A stretch of 64,000 nucleotides of DNA from Candidatus Aminicenantes bacterium (GTDB taxonomy: Bacteria; Acidobacteriota; Aminicenantia; S016-38). A program made the position numbers and the translations under genes. Each line of letters starts with the position of its first letter. Position 1 is the first letter of the stretch. The DNA lies in contig JALSNJ010000029.1 in NCBI GenBank assembly GCA_026987025.1, forward strand, positions 15,695 to 79,694, given 5' to 3'. Below, piece after piece: positions 55,311-62,840 of the stretch. The notes beneath the pieces were generated by a model. It ran no database searches. It saw only the letters and a program-made list of their open reading frames with translations, and was not told the origin of the DNA.

Positions 55311-55315
55311 TAAAG

Positions 55316-55537
55316 ATGTGTCTGGCAGTTCCCATGAAAATAGTGGAAATAAAGGGCCTGGATGCGGTGGCGGAGCTGCAGGGGGTTCGCCGCAGGGTTC
55401 GCCTGGACCTGGTGGAGGACTGCAGGGTAGGGGATTATGTTTTAATACACGCAGGTTTTGCTATAGAGAAATTGGACGAGGAAGAGGCCAAAAAAAGCCT
55501 TCAGACCTGGGAGGAGTTCCTTAAAGCCCAGGAGTAA
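55316..55537 (+). CDS. hypC: Hydrogenase maturation chaperone HypC/HupF
   Basis: MCLAVP, VGDYVLIHAGFAI; start taken as ATG 55316. Confidence 0.95.
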   Translation: MCLAVPMKIVEIKGLDAVAELQGVRRRVRLDLVEDCRVGDYVLIHAGFAIEKLDEEEAKKSLQTWEEFLKAQE

Positions 55538-55539
55538 AA

Positions 55540-56412
55540 CTACTTTCCTCCGTTTCCTTTGATTTCCTGATAGGCCCGGTGAAGCAGGGAAGAGGTCTTT
55601 ATCTGGCGGAAGGGGATGTCCTTGGGGGAAACTATCATGGAGTTTATGATGACCGCGGAAACAACCTTCCAGGGAGTTACATCAAAGATGCTCCCCCTGG
55701 GTTTGGAACCCCTGGGCGCGTTTAATCGGTCACCGTTTTCCCTGTACAGGGAGAAATAGGAATTGAGGTGCCCGTAAAGGACCTTGGAGGTATGTCCTAT
55801 TACGAAGAAGGGCTTTTTGAACTGCTTGGCTGCCAGGGCCAAGGAAAAGCTCCCTGCCCGGTTTACAACCCCCTGGGAGGTTATGGCATCGCTGCCGATG
55901 AAGACCATCTCCGCTTCCTGAACCATGGCCGGCAAATAGGCGTCGTAGGTAAACTCCACTTTATAACCCATTTTCAGAAGCTTTTCGGCCATGAGCCTTC
56001 CTTCGTAATAGGGCCTCCCTTCCGAGAGGATCACGGTTAAATTTTTCCTTTCCCTTTCTTCCATGGCCCTGAGCAGGGAATTGCTGTGGGAGTACAGCAC
56101 CACCTTTCCCCTGGGAGGCATCAGGGAGGAGGCTATCTTGGCGTTTTCTTCCGCTTCCCGGTCAATTTCCTTCCATATCATTCTCACTTCCTTGTCGTTT
56201 TCAATGGCGTTGAAGAACCGGTGGAAGAAGTTTATCAGGACTGCCATGGTTGGGTGGGAATAGAGGAGCTGGGCGATGGACCTGGCGATCTCTTCCACCT
56301 CCACTCCCCCCGCCAGGGCATCCATCACCGCATCGTAACTTTCCCGAAGGATGGCAGTGGAGCCTAAAACCCTGTTTCGGGAAAGTTCCATCAGTCTCTC
56401 TTTCCAATCCAT
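55540..56412 (-). CDS. eIF-2B alpha/beta/delta-family protein (IF-2B domain)
   Basis: PTMA, SEGRP..EG..MA, GSDAI, VNRAGS..LAL.AK, FDVTP. Confidence 0.85.
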   Translation of the reverse strand: MDWKERLMELSRNRVLGSTAILRESYDAVMDALAGGVEVEEIARSIAQLLYSHPTMAVLINFFHRFFNAIENDKEVRMIWKEIDREAEENAKIASSLMPPRGKVVLYSHSNSLLRAMEERERKNLTVILSEGRPYYEGRLMAEKLLKMGYKVEFTYDAYLPAMVQEAEMVFIGSDAITSQGVVNRAGSFSLALAAKQFKKPFFVIGHTSKVLYGHLNSYFSLYRENGDRLNAPRGSKPRGSIFDVTPWKVVSAVIINSMIVSPKDIPFRQIKTSSLLHRAYQEIKGNGGK

Positions 56413-56900
56413 GCTTTCACCCCCAGGATTGATATGTATATGTAGGTAAAGAAGGATGTTTCCCAGAGAAGGGCCTTAAAACTCATCGGACTTACCATCC
56501 CCCCCAGGCTGGATTTGTCCGTAGGGGGAATAAAGGGGAAATTTAGAAGCCTGTTCCAGAAGGGATAAAAGGGACGGAAGCCTATGGGAGGTTTGTGGTC
56601 CACCATGAACAGGTCTAAAAAAATATGCAGGTCGTACAGGAGGAAGGAAAGAAGGGCAAGTTTTTTGTCCCTGGAAAACAGGTAAACCAGGGCCGAGAAA
56701 ACCGCAGAGGCCAGGAAGGTGTGGGTTATGCCCTGATGGTAAAATCCCCATTTCCTCAGGAAAGAAAATTTACTCAGCACAAGGTCGGCGTCCGGGAGAA
56801 GGCCTACCATTAAAAGGAATAAAAACCTCCCTGGCGAATACTCCTCCGCCCCCTGTATTATTCCGACGCTTACTAATCCATGACCTATTGGAGTTGGCAC
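56391..56900 (-). CDS. Inner-membrane metal-dependent hydrolase (YdjM-like)
   Basis: PTPIGH, LPDAD, HQGITHT, HIFLD; GTG start. Confidence 0.85.
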   Translation of the reverse strand: MPTPIGHGLVSVGIIQGAEEYSPGRFLFLLMVGLLPDADLVLSKFSFLRKWGFYHQGITHTFLASAVFSALVYLFSRDKKLALLSFLLYDLHIFLDLFMVDHKPPIGFRPFYPFWNRLLNFPFIPPTDKSSLGGMVSPMSFKALLWETSFFTYIYISILGVKAWIGKRD

Positions 56901-56922
56901 AATAATAGTATACTATAAAACT

Positions 56923-57411
56923 GTGGAAATCAAGCCTATCTACCTTAAAACCCTTTATTTTAAAGGCTTTCCTTTCTCCTGGGCGGAGCAGGACGGCGTG
57001 GTTATAAGGGCCTGTTTTTGTGATGGGAAAAAATTAAAGGGGGTTTTTCCCCGGGCTGTGGAGAGCAATGGGGGAGACCTGGAGAGGATGCTCAAACTTT
57101 ACTTTTCCGGCAAGAAGGTCAACCTTCAGGAAATTCCACTGAGAATTGAGGGAAGCCCCTTTCAAAGGAGGGTTTGGGCAAGGGTAAGGGAGATCCCCTA
57201 CGGGAAAGTCTTGACCTACGGGGACCTGGCCCGGGAGCTCTTCACCTCCCCCAGGGCCGTAGGGCGGGCCTTAGCCTCCAACAGATGGCCCCTTTTAGTC
57301 CCCTGTCATAGGGTGGTGGGGAAGGGGGCCTTAGGGGGATTTACCCCTGATGTTAAAATAAAAAGAATCCTTTTGGAGTTAGAAGGAGGATGGCATGATA
57401 AAGATGGGTAA
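56923..57411 (+). CDS. ogt: Methylated-DNA--protein-cysteine methyltransferase
   Basis: FQRRVW, IPYG...TYG, RAVG, PCHRVV. Confidence 0.93.
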   Translation: MEIKPIYLKTLYFKGFPFSWAEQDGVVIRACFCDGKKLKGVFPRAVESNGGDLERMLKLYFSGKKVNLQEIPLRIEGSPFQRRVWARVREIPYGKVLTYGDLARELFTSPRAVGRALASNRWPLLVPCHRVVGKGALGGFTPDVKIKRILLELEGGWHDKDG

Positions 57412-57736
57412 TTGGAAGGATGTTCCTGCCCAGGAAATGGAAGGGCTTGAAGGGGTAAAAATAAGATGGGTTATAGGGAAGGAGCTGGCGCCTCCCAATT
57501 TTTACATGAGGGTCTTTGAGGTTGAGCCCGGAGCCTCCACCCCCTACCATTCCCACCCCTGGGAGCACGAGAGCTTTATTCTGGAAGGGAAGGCCGGGAT
57601 AAGGTTTCCCGACGGTAGCCTTAAAGAGGCGGGGGCCGGCACCTACATTTATATCCCCCCCAATGAAAAGCACCAATTTGTAAACTTGGGGGAGGGGGTC
57701 CTCAGGTTCATCTGCGTTATCCCCAAGCACGATTGA
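57395..57736 (+). CDS. Cupin-domain protein
   Basis: F.MR.F...PG..TP.HSHPWEHE, P.EKHQF.N. Confidence 0.9.
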   Translation: MIKMGNWKDVPAQEMEGLEGVKIRWVIGKELAPPNFYMRVFEVEPGASTPYHSHPWEHESFILEGKAGIRFPDGSLKEAGAGTYIYIPPNEKHQFVNLGEGVLRFICVIPKHD

Positions 57737-58545
57737 TGGCTCAACTTATAAGGGTTTATTTTCGCTACTGGGCCCTTATAAAAACCCTGGTAGGCAGGGA
57801 ACTCAAGGCAAGATACCGGGGTTCCATCCTTGGTTTTATATGGTCCTTCCTCAATCCTCTGCTTCTCCTGGTGGTCTATACGGTTGTTTTCGGTTTCATC
57901 CTCAGGCCCCGGGACCCTGCCTTTGCAGGCAGCCCCTTTAATTATGCCCTTTTTCTCTTTTCCGGCCTCCTTCCCTGGGTCTGGTTTTCCGCCTGCGTCT
58001 TAGAGTCCACCACCCTTATCCTCACCCACGGCAACATACTTAAGAAGGTGATGTTTCCTGCGGAAGTCCTCCCCATAGTGAGCGTCACCTCCAACTTCAT
58101 CCATTTTCTTTTCGGCGTTCCCATTCTTCTGGCCTTTGAAATAGCCCTGGGCCATACCATAACTCCCTACATCCTTCTCTCCCCCTTGGTTATGGCGGTC
58201 CAGTATGCCTTTTCCCTGGGATTTTCCCTCCTTCTTTCAGCCCTCGCCGCCAACTTCCGGGACCTCCAACACCTTATGGCCAATATTGTGACCCTCTGGT
58301 TTTTTGCCACCCCCATAATCTACCCCATGAGCTTCGGAGTTATCCAGCAGCACCGCTGGTTGAAGTTCATCCTCTACCTGAACCCCATGACCCACATAAT
58401 AGAGGGGTACCAGAGGGCCTTTTATTACGGGGGTATGATACCCTATAAGAGGCTGGGGGTTACTCTTCTTCTTTCCTTAGCCCTTATATGGCTCGGATAT
58501 TGGGCCTTTGATAGATTAAGGGACACCTTTGTGGAAGAGGCATGA
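57736..58545 (+). CDS. wzm: ABC-2 polysaccharide export permease
   Basis: RELKARYRGSILG..W, FRDL, F.TPIIYP, LNPMT. Confidence 0.9.
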   Translation: MAQLIRVYFRYWALIKTLVGRELKARYRGSILGFIWSFLNPLLLLVVYTVVFGFILRPRDPAFAGSPFNYALFLFSGLLPWVWFSACVLESTTLILTHGNILKKVMFPAEVLPIVSVTSNFIHFLFGVPILLAFEIALGHTITPYILLSPLVMAVQYAFSLGFSLLLSALAANFRDLQHLMANIVTLWFFATPIIYPMSFGVIQQHRWLKFILYLNPMTHIIEGYQRAFYYGGMIPYKRLGVTLLLSLALIWLGYWAFDRLRDTFVEEA

Positions 58546-59777
58546 AGGCGGTAATTCTTGAAAATGTAACTAAATACTATCGGAGATTCACTTCCAGGAG
58601 AAAATTTCAGACCCTAAAAAGTGCCATCCTGGAGAGGAACCTCTTTGCCCACCTTTCCCCAAAGGAGATAGTGAAGGCGGTGGACGGGGTAAGCCTTGAG
58701 ATAGAAAAGGGGGAGACCTTCGGGATAATAGGGGAGAACGGCTCTGGAAAGAGCACCTTGCTCAAACTCATAGCGGGGATAACCAAGCCCACCACCGGTA
58801 CCATAAGGGTAAACGGTAAGGTCTCCGCCCTCATTGAGCTGGGAGCGGGTTTTCATCCGGAGATTTCAGGGAGGGAGAACATCTACATAAACGGGATAAT
58901 GCTGGGCCTTTCCAGGAAGGAGATAGACGAGAAGATAGACGAGATCATAAGGTTTGCGGAGCTGGAGGACTTTATAGATATGCCGGTAAAGGCCTATTCG
59001 TCCGGGATGTACATGAGGCTCGGATTTTCTGTGGCCATAAATGTGGACCCGGACATTCTCCTGGTGGATGAAGTTTTAGCTGTGGGAGACGCTTCCTTCG
59101 TGCAGAAGGGTCTTGAAAAAATCAAGGAAATGAAGAGGGCGGGCAAGACCATAGTCTTTGTAACCCACGCCTTAGACCTCACACAGAAGATTTGCCACAG
59201 GGTGGCCTGGATGAAGAAGGGGAAAATAATGATGGTGGGGGAGCCCAAGGAGGTGGTGGACCGTTACCTGATGGATGCTTTGGGGAAGGGGTCGGAGGCG
59301 GAATTGAAGGCCACTTCCTCGGACCGCTGGGGAAGCAGGGATGTGGAGATAAAGGAGGTCTGGCTGGAGAACCTACAGGGGAAGAGGACCACCCATTTTG
59401 ACTACGGGGAGGGGATGAGGATAGTAATGCAGGTGGAGGCCAGGGCCAGGCTTAAGAACTTTGTCTTCGGCGTGGGCATATTTAACAGCGAAGGCACCAA
59501 TGTTTACGGAACCAATACCTATCTGGAATACTTCAGGCCCAGGGAAATAGAGGGAGGAGCCACGGTAATATTTGAAATTCCCGCCCTTCACCTTGTAAAC
59601 GGGACCTACACCGTGGATGTGGCAGTGCACCGGGAGGACGGATTTGCCTACGATTACATAAAAAGCGCCCTTAAATTCAGAGTCCACTCCTTGAGCAGGG
59701 AGGTGGGGCTCTGGCGTCCCCCGCACCGATGGAGGTTTGAGGGAGGGGTGAAGATTGAGCCTCCCGAAGGTTCTTAA
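58542..59777 (+). CDS. wzt: Polysaccharide export ATPase with C-terminal Wzt_C domain
   Basis: GENGSGKST, ELGAGFHPE.SGRENI, YSSGM..RLGF, DEVLAVGD; C-terminal extension. Confidence 0.92.
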   Translation: MKAVILENVTKYYRRFTSRRKFQTLKSAILERNLFAHLSPKEIVKAVDGVSLEIEKGETFGIIGENGSGKSTLLKLIAGITKPTTGTIRVNGKVSALIELGAGFHPEISGRENIYINGIMLGLSRKEIDEKIDEIIRFAELEDFIDMPVKAYSSGMYMRLGFSVAINVDPDILLVDEVLAVGDASFVQKGLEKIKEMKRAGKTIVFVTHALDLTQKICHRVAWMKKGKIMMVGEPKEVVDRYLMDALGKGSEAELKATSSDRWGSRDVEIKEVWLENLQGKRTTHFDYGEGMRIVMQVEARARLKNFVFGVGIFNSEGTNVYGTNTYLEYFRPREIEGGATVIFEIPALHLVNGTYTVDVAVHREDGFAYDYIKSALKFRVHSLSREVGLWRPPHRWRFEGGVKIEPPEGS

Positions 59778-60288
59778 GGCGGGTGGGATAGATATAGCCT
59801 GGAAAAGCGGTCCATCAGGAATATGCGTTTTTGAGGATAGACCCCTTTTTTTCCTCCTTTCCCCGTCGCAGCTTCTAAATTTTCCCCTTCCCGGGGGTCT
59901 TTACCTGGTGGATGCTCCCCTGAGCCTTCCCGGGGAAAAAGGGCTTAGGCAGGTGGACAGGCTGCTCAGGAGGCTGACCGGAATTGCGGTCCTTCCTCTG
60001 AACCCTTCCCTTTTGCCGGGTTATCTTCCCTTAGAATTTATCAGGCTTCAGAAGGGCAGTGTCTTTTTGGAGGGCTTCGTTCCCTACCTGAGGGCCAAGT
60101 TTCTGGGAAGGGCTAAGTTCAGGAGGGTTTTAGAGTACAGGCAGAGATTCCGGGAAGCCTTCGGGTTTCTCCCTTCTCCCCCCTCCCCACACCTTATGGA
60201 TGCCTATCTTCTTTGTCTCAGGGCCAAGGATATCATGGAGGGAAGGGGAATAGCCCTGGTAGCCGGGGATGGAAAAATATACCTTTGA
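59755..60288 (+). CDS. DUF429-like predicted nuclease (RNase H fold)
   Basis: GIDIAW, VDAPL, R.VD..L, H..DA. Confidence 0.7.
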   Translation: MSLPKVLKAGGIDIAWKSGPSGICVFEDRPLFFLLSPSQLLNFPLPGGLYLVDAPLSLPGEKGLRQVDRLLRRLTGIAVLPLNPSLLPGYLPLEFIRLQKGSVFLEGFVPYLRAKFLGRAKFRRVLEYRQRFREAFGFLPSPPSPHLMDAYLLCLRAKDIMEGRGIALVAGDGKIYL

Positions 60289-60324
60289 AAACAATTTTTG
60301 ATAAACTCCGTATAATTTTAAGGA

Positions 60325-61557
60325 ATGAGAATATCCGTATCCGAAACCACATCCCTGGCTCTGGATTCCCTTAAGAGGAACGCCTTCAGGACCTTTTTGA
60401 CCCTTCTGGGGAATATAATAGCTGTCTCCACCATAATAGCCATTATAGGGACCATAGAGGGACTTAATGACTATGTGAAGGAGAAGATAATACCGTATGG
60501 GGCCACGGACTTCACCGTGTCCCGACGCCCTGACATCGTCACCTCCTGGAAGGAGTTTTTAAAGTTGAGAAAAAGGAGGAGGTTTCCCCTTTCCTATTAT
60601 CGTAAGGTGAGGGAAAGATGCCTCTCCTGTGAGAAGGTGGGCGCTGAAGACACGGGGATAGCCCCGGTGTTCTACAAAGGGAAGTTCCTGGAGGAGGTTA
60701 CCATAAAGGGGGAGACCTCCTTGGCCCGGGAGATAGGCGGGGTGAGGGACCTGGCGGACGGGCGACCCTTCACCGAGGAGGAGGCCCTATCCGGAGCCAA
60801 GGTTTGCACCATAGGCTGGGATATAAAGGAGGGTTTGTTCCCCGGCCAGGATCCCATTGGTAAGAGAATAAGGATAAGGGGCAAAACCTTTAAGATTATC
60901 GGGGTGGAGGCCAAACGGGGAAAGGTCATGGGAATCTCCCAGGACAATTTCGTCTCCATTCCCATCAAGGCCTTCTACAGCCTCTTCCCCAGGAGGGTGG
61001 ATATCTCCATATTGGTCCATACATCATCGTCGGAGAGGATGCAGGAGGCCATGGATGAGGTCAGGGGGATATTGCGTTCCCTCCGCCACCTTAGCCCATC
61101 GGCGGAGGACGATTTCTCCTTCTCCACATCCGAGTCCATGCTTAAAATATACAAAAACCTGACCTCCACCCTTTTCTTGGCCATGATTATAATATCTTCC
61201 ATTTCCCTCCTGGTGGGAGGAATTGTGGTGATGAACATTATGCTGGTATCCGTTACCGAGAGAATTCCAGAGATAGGTTTGAGAAGGGCGGTGGGAGCCC
61301 GAAGGTCGGATATAATGGGCCAATTTTTGCTGGAAGCCATGTTCCTTACCACTCTGGGGGGGATTGTCGGTCTTCTTCTGGGTGGAGGGATCATATACCT
61401 TATAAATAGATTTTCTCCCCTTCCGGCCCATATGAAAATATGGTTCATATTCCTCGGCCTGGCCATAGCCGGGGGGGCAGGGGTGGTCTTCGGCATATAC
61501 CCTGCCTCCAAGGCGGCCAACCTGAATCCCGTGGAAGCCCTGAGGAGTGAGATGTGA
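60325..61557 (+). CDS. MacB-like ABC transporter permease
   Basis: RTFLTLLG, VGGIVVMNIMLVSVTERI.EIG.R.A.GA, P.EALR. Confidence 0.9.
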   Translation: MRISVSETTSLALDSLKRNAFRTFLTLLGNIIAVSTIIAIIGTIEGLNDYVKEKIIPYGATDFTVSRRPDIVTSWKEFLKLRKRRRFPLSYYRKVRERCLSCEKVGAEDTGIAPVFYKGKFLEEVTIKGETSLAREIGGVRDLADGRPFTEEEALSGAKVCTIGWDIKEGLFPGQDPIGKRIRIRGKTFKIIGVEAKRGKVMGISQDNFVSIPIKAFYSLFPRRVDISILVHTSSSERMQEAMDEVRGILRSLRHLSPSAEDDFSFSTSESMLKIYKNLTSTLFLAMIIISSISLLVGGIVVMNIMLVSVTERIPEIGLRRAVGARRSDIMGQFLLEAMFLTTLGGIVGLLLGGGIIYLINRFSPLPAHMKIWFIFLGLAIAGGAGVVFGIYPASKAANLNPVEALRSEM

Positions 61558-62807
61558 GAAGGCTGACCCTTTTAGGAGAGCTCATCGGAACGGCCTTTAT
61601 TTCCTTGGGGAGGAACAAGTCCAGGAGCTTTCTTACGGCCCTGGGGATAATTATAGGGGTGGCCACCGTCATCTCCATGGTGGGAGTTATTGAGGGAATA
61701 AGGGTCAATGTGGAAAATCAAATGGAGCTTCTGGGTTCCAATCTCATTTTCGTTTCAAAATTTGAACCGGGGATAAGATTCGGACGGCTTCCGAGGAAGT
61801 TGAGGTTGAGGAAGAACCTCACCTTAGAGGACCTTAAGGCCATAGAGGCTTTGCCCTCCATAGAGGCGGCGGTGGGTCAAATAAAAATGTTTGAGGGAAG
61901 TCAGGTTCGCTCCCGCTATTCCACCACCGCCGGAATAGTGGTTATGGGGACCACCTACGATTATCTTAAGGTGGTGAAGCTCAACCTCCTGGCCGGGAGG
62001 TTCTTCACCCAGGGGGAAGAAAAAAGCAAGGCCAATGTGGCGGTGCTGGGCTCTGAGGTGGTGGAGAACCTCTTTCCCGGGGTGGACCCTATAGGGAAGA
62101 AATTCCACATGGGAAACGCCACCTACAGGGTGGTGGGGGTTATGGAATCCGTGGGACAGGGGCTCTTCGGACAGAGTCAGGATGAATATGTGATTATACC
62201 CATAACTACCCTTTACAAATACTACCCTAAGGCCAGGAGGAGGTGGTGGGGAGGGCTTTACATAATGGCAAGGCCCAAAAGCCCAAGACTGCTTCAGCAG
62301 GCCATGGACGATATTATAGAGGTGATGAGGATGAGGAGGAGGCTCAGGCCCAGGGACGAAAACGACTTCGCTGTCTACACCACCGAATATGTGAACCAGC
62401 TTTTCAATCAGCTGGTGGGGGGAGTTTTCCTGGTGGGGGTTTTGATAGCATCCATCTCCCTTTTAGTGGGAGGTATAGGGATTATGAACATAATGCTGGT
62501 TTCCATGAGGGAGAGAACCTCGGAGATCGGGCTTAGAAGGGCCCTGGGGGCCAAAAGGAAGCACATTCTCTTTCAGTTCATAGTGGAGGCGGTGGTCCTC
62601 TCCCTGTCCGGGGGGCTCGTGGGGATGGTTCTGGGTTTTTCCTTTGCCTTCTTAGCCAAGGCCGTGGCCCACTTTCCCGCCCAGGTTACCTCCTTCGGTG
62701 TGGGATTGGGGGTGGGTGTCTCCACCCTTGTGGGCCTTTTCTTCGGTATATACCCTGCCTGGAAGGCCTCCCAGCTTAACCCTGTGGAAGCCCTCCGTTA
62801 CGAGTAA
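61554..62807 (+). CDS. MacB-like ABC transporter permease
   Basis: RSFLT.LGI.IGV, VGGIGIMNIMLVS, YPAWKAS.LNPVEALRYE. Confidence 0.9.
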   Translation: MRRLTLLGELIGTAFISLGRNKSRSFLTALGIIIGVATVISMVGVIEGIRVNVENQMELLGSNLIFVSKFEPGIRFGRLPRKLRLRKNLTLEDLKAIEALPSIEAAVGQIKMFEGSQVRSRYSTTAGIVVMGTTYDYLKVVKLNLLAGRFFTQGEEKSKANVAVLGSEVVENLFPGVDPIGKKFHMGNATYRVVGVMESVGQGLFGQSQDEYVIIPITTLYKYYPKARRRWWGGLYIMARPKSPRLLQQAMDDIIEVMRMRRRLRPRDENDFAVYTTEYVNQLFNQLVGGVFLVGVLIASISLLVGGIGIMNIMLVSMRERTSEIGLRRALGAKRKHILFQFIVEAVVLSLSGGLVGMVLGFSFAFLAKAVAHFPAQVTSFGVGLGVGVSTLVGLFFGIYPAWKASQLNPVEALRYE

Positions 62808-62840
62808 ATTCCGATGTTATAATGGAGGGAGGAGGGAAAG

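Noticed and set aside
56895-56910. TGGCAC as a sigma54 -24 element
   Set aside because: No TTGC at the -12 position
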